A DNA stretch of 20,111 nt from Limisphaerales bacterium (GTDB lineage Bacteria > Verrucomicrobiota > Verrucomicrobiia > Limisphaerales > JAJOIW01), in assembly GCA_965657355.1 (NCBI GenBank), contig CBFHOE010000001.1:370128-390238 (forward strand), written 5' to 3'. The notes beneath the pieces are model-generated. The model was given only the letters and a program-made list of their open reading frames with translations. It made no database searches and was not told the DNA's origin. Position 1 is the first letter of the stretch, and the number at the start of each line of letters is the position of its first letter. Shown in pieces: positions 9,204-17,238 of this stretch. Both the position numbers and the translations under genes were made by a program.

Positions 9204-10068
9204 GTCAATACCTGAAATGCAATCCTTCTCAAGTGAGAAGGCAAAATTGAATACCAAAGTGGCACTCGTTCCAACTATGGGCGCCCTTCACCAAGGACAC
9301 CTTACTTTAATTGAGCTAGCACGAAAAAAGGTCGGGCCGCAAGGAGTTGTGATTGTTAGTATCTATGTAAATCCAACCCAGTTTGGCCCAAGTGAAGACT
9401 TCGACCAGTATCCAAGAGATTTTGATTCTGACCACCAGAAATGTGTCCAAGCTGGAGTCGATCTCATATTCGCGCCCTTAGATTCTGATATGTATCCTGG
9501 GAAAAGCTCAGGTAACTATTCGACTTATGTAGAGGAAAAGTCCCTCGGTAGGACTATGGAAGGAGAATCAAGGCCAACACATTTTAGGGGTGTCACCACA
9601 ATCGTTGCCAAGCTGTTCCTAGCCTGCCTTCCGCATGTGAGTGTTTTCGGACAAAAAGATTTTCAGCAGGTTGCAATCATAAAGCAAATGGTCAAAGACC
9701 TTAATTTTCCCGTTGAAATATTAGTTTCGCCCACATATAGGGAATCCGATGGACTTGCCATGAGTTCCAGGAATAAATATCTCACTCCCCTCCAAAGGAG
9801 ACAGGCACCTGTTATCAATACATTGCTAAATGAAGTTTGTGTACGTGTACGGGAATCTCATAAAAACGGAAAAAAGATAAACCAAGCTGATCTGAAAGCA
9901 TTCGCAGAAAAATATATAGTCCTACAATCGGAGGCCAGATTAGATTACATTTGTGGCTTCGATCCTAATACACTAGAACCAGCTAAAACATTAAACATTG
10001 GTCACCAGGTTGCTATTGCAGTGCACTTTGGCGAGGTCAGGTTAATAGACAACATATGCATTCGATAG
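9190..10068 (+). CDS. panC: Pantoate--beta-alanine ligase
   Basis: Motifs VPTMGALHQGH, VNPTQF, RPTHFRGV, FGQKDFQQ, DGLAMSSRN and RLIDN. GTG at 9190 (VKTIRSIPEMQ) gives a typical PanC N-terminus; the ORF track starts at 9157. Confidence 0.97.
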   Translation: MKTIRSIPEMQSFSSEKAKLNTKVALVPTMGALHQGHLTLIELARKKVGPQGVVIVSIYVNPTQFGPSEDFDQYPRDFDSDHQKCVQAGVDLIFAPLDSDMYPGKSSGNYSTYVEEKSLGRTMEGESRPTHFRGVTTIVAKLFLACLPHVSVFGQKDFQQVAIIKQMVKDLNFPVEILVSPTYRESDGLAMSSRNKYLTPLQRRQAPVINTLLNEVCVRVRESHKNGKKINQADLKAFAEKYIVLQSEARLDYICGFDPNTLEPAKTLNIGHQVAIAVHFGEVRLIDNICIR

Positions 10069-10163
10069 TGATATCCCCGCCTTGTTAAACAAGTCATAAA
10101 GTTCTTTAGAGTTCATTGCTTTTTTGATTATTTCATTATACTCATGTTACCAAAAAATTTTAT

Positions 10164-11312
10164 ATGATCCCTAAATCTGTTGCTCCCAAATTAATTATTT
10201 CAGCAAGTGTTAGCGATGCTGATATGTTTTATGCCACCAAATTTTTTGTTCCTGATCCTTTTATTTACCTGGAGAAAAAAGGGAAAAAACATGTGGTCAT
10301 GAGCGAGTTGGAAATAGACCGTGCTCGTAAATCAATGAGGGATTTTACGATTTGGTCATGGAACAATCTTGCCGAGAAGATTTCCAAGAAAGGCTCACCA
10401 CATCGACCGGGTATTGCTGAAATTGCAATCAAGCTCTGTAAGATAAATAGGGTGTCGAAGGTCGTTGTTCCTGGGAATTTCCCATTAGAGCATGCTCGAG
10501 AACTAGAAAAAAGTGGCATCGTAGTGACTCCGGTTCGTGGCTCGATATTTCCTGAGCGTGATTTGAAAAGTCCTTCTGAAATCAAAGCTATTCGAGAAGC
10601 CCTGAGGATTACTCAAGCGGGCATTAGCTCTGGCAAGGAAGCTTTGAGAAGGTCTAAAGTGGCCAAAAATGGCCAATTAAAGCTCGACGGTACCCCTTTG
10701 ACAGCTGAACGACTACGAGCAATTATTGACTCCAAGATATTGGAATTTGGTGGTATTGCACAAGACACCATAGTTGCTTGTGGGAACCAAGGATGTGACC
10801 CTCATGAACGTGGACACGGTCCATTAAAGGCCAAGCTCCCAATAATCGTTGATGTATTTCCAAGAATATCAAAAACTGGGTATCACGGTGACATTACCAG
10901 GACTTTCGTTAAAGGCCGTCCTAAAGATATTGTTTTTAAGATTTATGATGCAGTCCATGCAGCTCAAACAAATTCAATTGCAGCGATAAGTCACGATGTT
11001 GCCACTACAGTCCCACATCAGGTTGTCTGTGAAACTTTTGAAAACCTAGGTTTCAAGACGGGGAAACATCCCAAAACAGGAGTAAACCAAGGGTTTTTTC
11101 ATGGGACGGGTCATGGACTGGGACTGGAAATCCATGAAATGCCCAGGATGGGCAAAAACTCATCAGGATTGCTCCTCGCTACTCAAGTTGTCACTGTGGA
11201 ACCCGGCTTATATTACCCAGGTATCGGTGGGGTCAGGCTCGAAGACGTCGTCGTCGTTACCAAAAGAAAACCAAGAAACCTGGTCGATATTGAAAAAGAT
11301 CTCCTGGTATGA
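10164..11312 (+). CDS. Xaa-Pro aminopeptidase/dipeptidase, peptidase M24 family
   Basis: Pita-bread metal-ligand motifs IVDVFP, GYHGDITRTF, HGTGHGLGLEIHE, TVEPGLY and GVRLED. Confidence 0.93.
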   Translation: MIPKSVAPKLIISASVSDADMFYATKFFVPDPFIYLEKKGKKHVVMSELEIDRARKSMRDFTIWSWNNLAEKISKKGSPHRPGIAEIAIKLCKINRVSKVVVPGNFPLEHARELEKSGIVVTPVRGSIFPERDLKSPSEIKAIREALRITQAGISSGKEALRRSKVAKNGQLKLDGTPLTAERLRAIIDSKILEFGGIAQDTIVACGNQGCDPHERGHGPLKAKLPIIVDVFPRISKTGYHGDITRTFVKGRPKDIVFKIYDAVHAAQTNSIAAISHDVATTVPHQVVCETFENLGFKTGKHPKTGVNQGFFHGTGHGLGLEIHEMPRMGKNSSGLLLATQVVTVEPGLYYPGIGGVRLEDVVVVTKRKPRNLVDIEKDLLV

Positions 11313-11317
11313 TTATT

Positions 11318-12394
11318 TCAATCTCCAGCAAGCCGAACCTTACATTTTTTTAAAAAATCTATTTGTGATTCTAGTAAACCTGAAGGCTTGAAAATCAGAA
11401 CATTTTCTAATCTTTTCCCTTCGAAGCTCCAATTTGTATCTTTTGTGGCAAAACCAAATGTAGTTGCCGACATGGAGTTGTTGTTAAATGTTGTGTTTTT
11501 TAAAGTCGCCTTTGAGAAATCAGCTCCTTCTAGGTCTGAGTTATTGAAGCACGCATTGGATATGTCTGCATGATTAAATTTTGAAAGAGTCAGGTTGGTA
11601 TCTGAAAAATCGATCCCGATTAATTTTGCTCCGGTAAAATAGCAGGACTTAAGTTGTAAAAATCTCAAATCTTTTGACTTGGGTTCCCAGTTATCAAATC
11701 GGCACTTAAGGAAGACTTTAGGCTTATTAGGTGGCTGAAATGACTCGAAACTATCTAAGTTCTTAAATTGTTTTATTTCCTCCGCGGATTCGACAACCGA
11801 TTGGTCAAATCTTTGCTCCATCCAGGGATTTCCATCGTTATGATATGACGAATTTCTTTCCCAGAATCCTAAACGGTCATTTTTTATTAAGCGGATTTTT
11901 TTGAGCCATTTTAAGCTTTTATAAAAATAACGGCTCGGTGTGATTATTCGAATTGGGAAGCCATGTTGTGGAGTCAGTGGGAGATTGTCGATTTCATAAA
12001 CTAACCATGATCCATCCCAAGCATAGTCTAGTGGGAGACTTGTGTCATGGAGCCTTTCCGAATAGGCTTCAAATTGAACGTAAGGTAATTCTTCAATGAT
12101 ATTTTTTTTTATATTTTGGGATTCGAGGAATTTGCCTAATCTTATTCCTGTGAATGTTGTGTGAAGGCGGCTCCAACTCGTGACGCAATGGATATCAAAA
12201 GTTTGTGTTTCTGAAGGCAGTGACACGATGTCTTTGTATGTCAAACTCGAAAAATCACCACCTGGTGATTCAAGGATTAATTTGTAATTCTCATTAGTAA
12301 GGACTTTTGATGCCTTTTTCTCGCCTGTAACAGGAAACTTACGAGTGACAGTTTGTCCAGGTGGAATTTGAGATTGTATTGGATCTGTTTCCAA
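11318..12394 (-). CDS. Molybdopterin-dependent oxidoreductase (sulfite oxidase/YuiH-like Mo domain) fused to C-terminal pentapeptide repeats
   Basis: N-terminal PPGQ..KFPV, Mo-ligand motif DIHCVTSWS (Cys70), HGFPIRIITPSRYFYKSLKWL and GFWER..YH..G.PW.EQRF; C-terminal run of A(D/N)LXX-type pentapeptides. No Tat or Sec signal visible. Confidence 0.88.
   Translation of the reverse strand: METDPIQSQIPPGQTVTRKFPVTGEKKASKVLTNENYKLILESPGGDFSSLTYKDIVSLPSETQTFDIHCVTSWSRLHTTFTGIRLGKFLESQNIKKNIIEELPYVQFEAYSERLHDTSLPLDYAWDGSWLVYEIDNLPLTPQHGFPIRIITPSRYFYKSLKWLKKIRLIKNDRLGFWERNSSYHNDGNPWMEQRFDQSVVESAEEIKQFKNLDSFESFQPPNKPKVFLKCRFDNWEPKSKDLRFLQLKSCYFTGAKLIGIDFSDTNLTLSKFNHADISNACFNNSDLEGADFSKATLKNTTFNNNSMSATTFGFATKDTNWSFEGKRLENVLIFKPSGLLESQIDFLKKCKVRLAGD
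11447..11674 (-). repeat. Pentapeptide-repeat coding region (protein-level repeat, about 15 units)
   Basis: DLRFL QLKSC YFTGA KLIGI DFSDT NLTLS KFNHA DISNA CFNNS DLEGA DFSKA TLKNT TFNNN SMSAT TFGFA: a hydrophobic L/F/I/M residue every fifth position. Confidence 0.85.
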
Positions 12395-12400
12395 TGCGAT

Positions 12401-13441
12401 TTACCTTTCGCCGCTCTCAGAAATTGGCTGTTTGTTGGACCCCGTATCTGGAAAATATAGGCTGGCAAGGCCGGTTAGAATGACTTCTAGCTGAGCTTGG
12501 TATTCTTTCTTGCTTAAGCTAGATTTTTTGTTTCTCAAATCTTTTAGATCCGACTCCAATTGGTTTCTTTTTTTCCGGATTGTGAATGGCAAAGATCGTT
12601 CGAATTCATCAGGAACAAGAATGATTTGATGTGCCTTGAATCCATCAATATCTATGGCATTTTTTGGGGATTTTTGAGGGAGCAATCCTGTAAACCAATC
12701 TGCAGGTGTCCCTTTTTTATCGCCGGTATCATCTATCAAAGCGTGCTCAGATACCAGTCTGTTATTTTCATCATAAAAATTGCTAGTGGACTTGGATGCA
12801 TAAAGAAATGATTCTAATAGACTCACTTGGTTGTCTTTATCAAAATCTGCTTTGGTATCGTTTAATGCACGACAAAAGTAGGAGACAAAGCGCGAGTAGT
12901 TTGACTCGTATCCACTTCTTGTTGATGTAACTATCGTCCTTCCTGGTCCGGACAATGCCGGGAGAAAAGGAGCGGAGCTAGAGAATCCTAATACGATTAT
13001 GAGATCCCTTTTGAAACCCTCCAAAGCCGATACAAGTTCTTTAGACTCTAAATCAGGTCCATGGAGGTTGAACTTCGCATCAATACCATCAAAAGTACCA
13101 TGGCCTATAAAAATGAGCCATACCGGGATTTCAGAACTCACGTTCAGTTTGCTTAATTTTTGAAGTAGTTCTTTTTTAGGCGGGGGGGCATTGCCTTTCT
13201 TGTTACCTATCTCATGGAATATAGCTGGAGAGTTTTTAGCTGCTATCTCTAATTGATTTAAAGCATCTGAAAATGGTTGAATAAATTTTTCTTCGCCCGG
13301 TGCTCCAACGACAGCGATAATTTCAGCTTCGTAGTTTATTTGAGTTAGCTCCTCAGTCAGTGCCGGAACTGCCAAGCTGATTGCGTTAACTGTCAACAGA
13401 GCCAATAATACTCTGACAGTGTTTCCTATTGATTTGGCCAA
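12401..13441 (-). CDS. Exported caspase/legumain-fold (clan CD-like) hypothetical protein, apparently lacking the catalytic Cys
   Basis: Hydrophobic strand + GHG (WLIFIGHGTFDG), then IIVLGFSSSAPF and GRTIVTST...E, an EF-hand-like ADFDKDNQVS, and a C-terminal coiled coil. TTG at 13441, 8 bp after the upstream stop, gives a signal-peptide-like N-terminus. The ORF-track start (13522) overlaps the upstream gene by 73 nt. Confidence 0.65.
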   Translation of the reverse strand: MAKSIGNTVRVLLALLTVNAISLAVPALTEELTQINYEAEIIAVVGAPGEEKFIQPFSDALNQLEIAAKNSPAIFHEIGNKKGNAPPPKKELLQKLSKLNVSSEIPVWLIFIGHGTFDGIDAKFNLHGPDLESKELVSALEGFKRDLIIVLGFSSSAPFLPALSGPGRTIVTSTRSGYESNYSRFVSYFCRALNDTKADFDKDNQVSLLESFLYASKSTSNFYDENNRLVSEHALIDDTGDKKGTPADWFTGLLPQKSPKNAIDIDGFKAHQIILVPDEFERSLPFTIRKKRNQLESDLKDLRNKKSSLSKKEYQAQLEVILTGLASLYFPDTGSNKQPISESGER

Positions 13442-13449
13442 TTTCAGCT

Positions 13450-15831
13450 TTAGGCAAGGCCTCGTATTCTTCGTGTACTCCATTCCAATAAGAGAAGTGT
13501 GAGGGCAATGAGCAATATCCAAGAGTTGTGCCAGATTGGAACTGATTTGGTTATCGTCTCAGGTAAGTCTGATTTTATTAGATTATCCTCTATAGTGGAT
13601 AAATCCTTTAATTCCACAATGGAACCACCTGTGGACTCTGAAACCGTCTTCATCCATTGTTCATTTGCTTCTAAGTTTTTGAATTCAACCAGGTGAGGAT
13701 TTGATGTCCACCCCGTCTCAGAAGATCCGATTGGTATGTCGTTTGCATCTTTGACAACAGATTTTACGCGATAAGCACCTGGTTCCGTAGCCGAAAATTG
13801 CGTCTCTAGAGTGGCATTTTTATCCAAAGAAGGAAGAAGCTCAAATGTCCATTCTTTGCCAGGACTGCTTGCAAAATTCCCTGTTTGAGATTTTGATTTT
13901 GAGATGACGAGTTGTGCAGAGGGATTTTCGGCATTTTGAAACTTTTTATTCAAAACTTTAACATTGGCTTGGATTGAGCGATCAAAAATCTCTCCCTGTT
14001 CTAAACTCAAATCAATTCTTTTTGGCACGTCAGCCGTTAACCATCTTAAAATTTGTCGCCATGATTTTTTTACGTCATCCATGGCCTCTGGACTTCTCAT
14101 GCCTGGCCTCCAAAAATCTGTGATCATGAGGCAGGAACTTTTACCGCTCCCATATCTTTGCGTCACTAGAGCAGGTAATTTAGTGCCAAACTCATCCTGC
14201 ATATACTTTATGACCGAGGCACCTGGCTTAGGCCTCCCAGGTAAATTAGCTGCCTGATAGGGATGTAATTCATTTCTAATTCGAATTTCATCTTTCTCAT
14301 TCGATCTCATCCTCGCCCACGGCTTTAGCCAACCTTCTTCCGACAGAGACAATGTGATATTGCGACCAAAGACCATTTCTTCATCTCTATTGAGATATAT
14401 GGGTAAAGCGTCCTTGAGTGGGCCCGACTGGTATCCTCCCTCTGCCATTGATTCCATGCCACCCAACATCAGAAGTCCTCCGCCTCGACGATTGACAAAT
14501 TCTCGGATCAACAACAATTGGTTGCGAGTAAAGAAGTCCGCCTCCAGATCATCTAAAATTATTGCATCGTATTGGAAAAGATCTTCTTCATTTCTGGGGA
14601 AACCATCAGAAAGCTCTCTTTGGTCCTTTATGTTTAATCTTTTGAGAACTGGCTGGTCATATTGTTCTGTTTCCTCATCTTGTTTATCAAAGCCTCGAAA
14701 CAACGGATTGCTGGTTTCGCCTGCTCGCCCTTTAAAATTGAATTTCGGCTCTCTTTTGGCGATGCGTATGAGCCCGACAAGGTCTATTAATGGGTCTTCT
14801 GTGGTTGCTCTATTCAAGAATTTAAATTCCCAGTTGGGTCGGCCAGAAACATAGAGAATGCGCTTTGGCTTTTGCCCGTGGTCAAACCAAATCCACTGCG
14901 AGTTATTAAATGGGGTGATTTCCCCGCTAAGATTATCCAATGGGTTTGTGGAAATAGGTTTTAAATTTATTTCAATTCTATAAAACTTTAAGCCCTTGCT
15001 TTTAGGCTTCCAGTTAGCTGTCACGTCGAAGGTTTGGTTGTTTGAATTGATTTGGAGCGATTTCGCGAAAACGATTTCGTTTTCCTCCGACAAGATGTTG
15101 CATTGAATTTGCCGCCCTTTTAGCGATGACGCAATAACTTCTATGTCTGCTCCCACCGGGGAGTCTTCGAAAGCAGATTGCCTCAAATTAACCCGGCCAA
15201 GGGTGATATCCCTAGCTGCAGATTTGTGCTTGAAAGGAACCAAATAAACTGGGGGTATTCCATCTTCTTCGACGAATACTTTTTTTCCATCCGTTACTGC
15301 ACCATCCGTGAATACGACAATCCCCGCCAGCGGTTTGTCCTTATAAGTTTTTGAAAGTTTTTGAATGCAAAAATTTATATTGGATCCCAAACCAGCATAT
15401 TCCAGGTTTTCTATACTCTTGATGGATCTAAGCTGTGTATCTGTCGAATAAAATTTTGTTTTAAATGTTTTGGAAATCTCATTAATCCATTCTCTGCCAT
15501 CTGATTCAATCCAAGACTGAATCCGCTCGCTCGGGGCTAAATCGGTATCTTGATTTTTGACCGTCATTGTCTGACTTGTGTCAAACATGATTGCCAGCTG
15601 ATTAGATCCTGGAATCGCCTCTTTTTTGAGGCTTACTGGATCCATGAGAATGAAAAGAATAAGAAGAAAAGCAATCAGCTTTGCGATGGCGCCCAAGTAT
15701 GTGAGAGGGGTTTGAGTGCTAAGTGGCTTGTAACTCCATCTTAAAAATAAAAGGCCTAAGACTAGGCTTATTCCGATAAACCACCACCCTTTTGATGAAA
15801 CCTCAATGGACAATTCTGCAAGCATTCGCAA
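13450..15831 (-). CDS. Membrane protein with vWA-like and glutamine-amidotransferase-like (GATase1-like/DUF1355-type) domains
   Basis: Two N-terminal TM helices, MIDAS-like AIMFDTSQTM and VVFTDG, ILYVSGRPNWEFKFL, YDAIILDD...FVNRRGGGLLMLGG, QRYGSGKS, and C-terminal TM ending LLLEWSTRR. Confidence 0.82.
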   Translation of the reverse strand: MRMLAELSIEVSSKGWWFIGISLVLGLLFLRWSYKPLSTQTPLTYLGAIAKLIAFLLILFILMDPVSLKKEAIPGSNQLAIMFDTSQTMTVKNQDTDLAPSERIQSWIESDGREWINEISKTFKTKFYSTDTQLRSIKSIENLEYAGLGSNINFCIQKLSKTYKDKPLAGIVVFTDGAVTDGKKVFVEEDGIPPVYLVPFKHKSAARDITLGRVNLRQSAFEDSPVGADIEVIASSLKGRQIQCNILSEENEIVFAKSLQINSNNQTFDVTANWKPKSKGLKFYRIEINLKPISTNPLDNLSGEITPFNNSQWIWFDHGQKPKRILYVSGRPNWEFKFLNRATTEDPLIDLVGLIRIAKREPKFNFKGRAGETSNPLFRGFDKQDEETEQYDQPVLKRLNIKDQRELSDGFPRNEEDLFQYDAIILDDLEADFFTRNQLLLIREFVNRRGGGLLMLGGMESMAEGGYQSGPLKDALPIYLNRDEEMVFGRNITLSLSEEGWLKPWARMRSNEKDEIRIRNELHPYQAANLPGRPKPGASVIKYMQDEFGTKLPALVTQRYGSGKSSCLMITDFWRPGMRSPEAMDDVKKSWRQILRWLTADVPKRIDLSLEQGEIFDRSIQANVKVLNKKFQNAENPSAQLVISKSKSQTGNFASSPGKEWTFELLPSLDKNATLETQFSATEPGAYRVKSVVKDANDIPIGSSETGWTSNPHLVEFKNLEANEQWMKTVSESTGGSIVELKDLSTIEDNLIKSDLPETITKSVPIWHNSWILLIALTLLLLEWSTRRIRGLA

Positions 15832-15842
15832 ACCTTGATCTC

Positions 15843-15882
15843 ATATTAACACATAAATGAAGGTTTGTAATAAATATTAGCA
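15843..15882 (-). promoter_or_regulatory. Two candidate extended -10 elements (TGnTAATAT) upstream of the vWA/GATase gene
   Basis: On the minus strand, TGCTAATAT (15882-15874) and TGTTAATAT (15851-15843) lie in an AT-rich 101-bp gap. Motif match only. Confidence 0.35.
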
Positions 15883-15911
15883 TAGATAATTTATTCTTAC
15901 ACTCGCCCTGT

Positions 15912-15927
15912 GGCTGCGTTTGCAGCC
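15912..15927 (-). terminator. GC-rich hairpin directly after the trmL stop; possible weak terminator or stability element
   Basis: Perfect 6-bp stem GGCTGC-N4-GCAGCC, 5 nt after the stop codon. No U-tract follows on the minus strand. Confidence 0.3.
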
Positions 15928-15932
15928 TAAAT

Positions 15933-16406
15933 TTAAATGGGTCCAGGTATAGTAAAGTCATGTTGTCTCAAAGCCTCAAAAAGGACTATTGCAACACAAT
16001 TACTAAGATTTAGTGAACGGGATTGTGTATTGGGCATTGGAATGGATATCCATTGATCTTCGTTTTTTTGATAGAGATCGATGGGTAATCCTTTGGACTC
16101 TTTGCCAAAGACCAAAATATCTCCCTTTTGAAACTGAATATCTGTATATGATTTCGAACCACCAGACTCAACAAACCACATTCTTTTACCCTCCGTTACC
16201 GACGCATAATAAGTATCCCAGTCTGGCCATACTTTCCATTCCACGTGCTGCCAGTAGTCCATGCCTGACCTTTTGAGCGATTTGTCGGTAAGCTCGAAGC
16301 CCAAAGGCTGTATGACGTGTAACTTGGTGAACGTGACGGCACATGTTCGCGCTATGTTTCCCGTATTTGGTGGGATTTCTGGCTCGTATAATACTATCTC
16401 AAACAT
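15933..16406 (-). CDS. trmL: tRNA (cytidine(34)-2'-O)-methyltransferase, SPOUT family
   Basis: MFEIVLYEPEIPPNTGNIAR, RSGMDYW, FGKESKGL and IPM..RSLNLS. ATG 16406 avoids overlap with truA; the ORF track starts at 16448. Confidence 0.95.
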   Translation of the reverse strand: MFEIVLYEPEIPPNTGNIARTCAVTFTKLHVIQPLGFELTDKSLKRSGMDYWQHVEWKVWPDWDTYYASVTEGKRMWFVESGGSKSYTDIQFQKGDILVFGKESKGLPIDLYQKNEDQWISIPMPNTQSRSLNLSNCVAIVLFEALRQHDFTIPGPI

Positions 16407-16416
16407 ATGGATTAAT

Positions 16417-17226
16417 TTAATAAAATACTTTCCAAAGAAATAGACCATGAGGAGGTGCGGTCATGCCAGTCAGGCTTCTGTTCTTTGATTCTAACATTTT
16501 TTTAATTTCAATGGGCTTGTATTTTTTAATTCCCACTTGTGCCAAAGTTCCAGTGATACCTCGACACATTTTGTAAAGGAAACCATCGCCCTCTAAAATA
16601 ATAGTTACTAGTGGTCCTGTTCTTCTTATACTGCAGCGATTGAGCGTCCTTACAGTGTTTTCAATTTCGTATGTATGATTATTTGCAAATGCTCTGAAGT
16701 CCCGCTTTCCTTTAATGAGTTTTGATGCCTCTCTCATAAGGCCAAGATCAAGTGGGCGCGGAAAATGCCAAGCCGACTTAAGAAGGTGTGGATTTGCATG
16801 TCTATCATTCCATATAAAGTACCTGTATTGTTTACCTCTGGCTGCAAACCGCGCATGAAAAGAGGAGGGGACTATTTTGGAAGAAACGATTCTGATGTCC
16901 TGTGGTAAAGCTCTATTCAATGCCAGAGGGAGTTTTTCAGATGGCATGGGAGCCTTTCCGTTTCGATTTGGAAGGTCTAAATGTGCCATCATCCCAATGG
17001 CATGCACTCCAGTATCCGTTCTGCTGCATCCATGAATTCTCAGGCTGGTGTTGAAGATCTCTTTTATTGCAATCTCGATTTTTTCCTGGACGGTTGTGCT
17101 ATTGAGCTGCCATTGCCAGCCGGCGTATTCAGTGCCATCGTAAGAAACTTTGATGAGATATCGGGTTGTTTGTGCTACCGAATCGTCTTCGGCCGATTGA
17201 CCGTTGATTTTCACTTTGAGTAACAA
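16417..17226 (-). CDS. truA: tRNA pseudouridine(38-40) synthase
   Basis: SYDGTEYAGWQ, catalytic SRTDTGVHA, FHARF, GDGFLYKMCR and TAPPHGLFL. Exact start uncertain. Confidence 0.96.
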   Translation of the reverse strand: MLLKVKINGQSAEDDSVAQTTRYLIKVSYDGTEYAGWQWQLNSTTVQEKIEIAIKEIFNTSLRIHGCSRTDTGVHAIGMMAHLDLPNRNGKAPMPSEKLPLALNRALPQDIRIVSSKIVPSSFHARFAARGKQYRYFIWNDRHANPHLLKSAWHFPRPLDLGLMREASKLIKGKRDFRAFANNHTYEIENTVRTLNRCSIRRTGPLVTIILEGDGFLYKMCRGITGTLAQVGIKKYKPIEIKKMLESKNRSLTGMTAPPHGLFLWKVFY

Positions 17227-17238
17227 TTATCGGTTAAT

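Noticed and set aside
10144..10167. 7-codon upstream ORF (MLPKNFI) whose TGA overlaps the peptidase ATG
   Set aside because: Its ATG is 1 nt from the candidate -10 box, so it would not be on that transcript; it has no RBS or attenuator structure and is likely chance.
13499..15744. Plus-strand ORFs 13499..13696, 13964..14257, 14354..14854 and 15550..15744
   Set aside because: Antisense to the vWA/GATase gene, with no recognisable motifs.
15829..15867. Inverted repeat CAAACCTT-N23-AAGGTTTG over the vWA/GATase start
   Set aside because: AT-rich arms with a long loop and no resemblance to a riboswitch I recognise; it would be only partly transcribed from the proximal candidate promoter.
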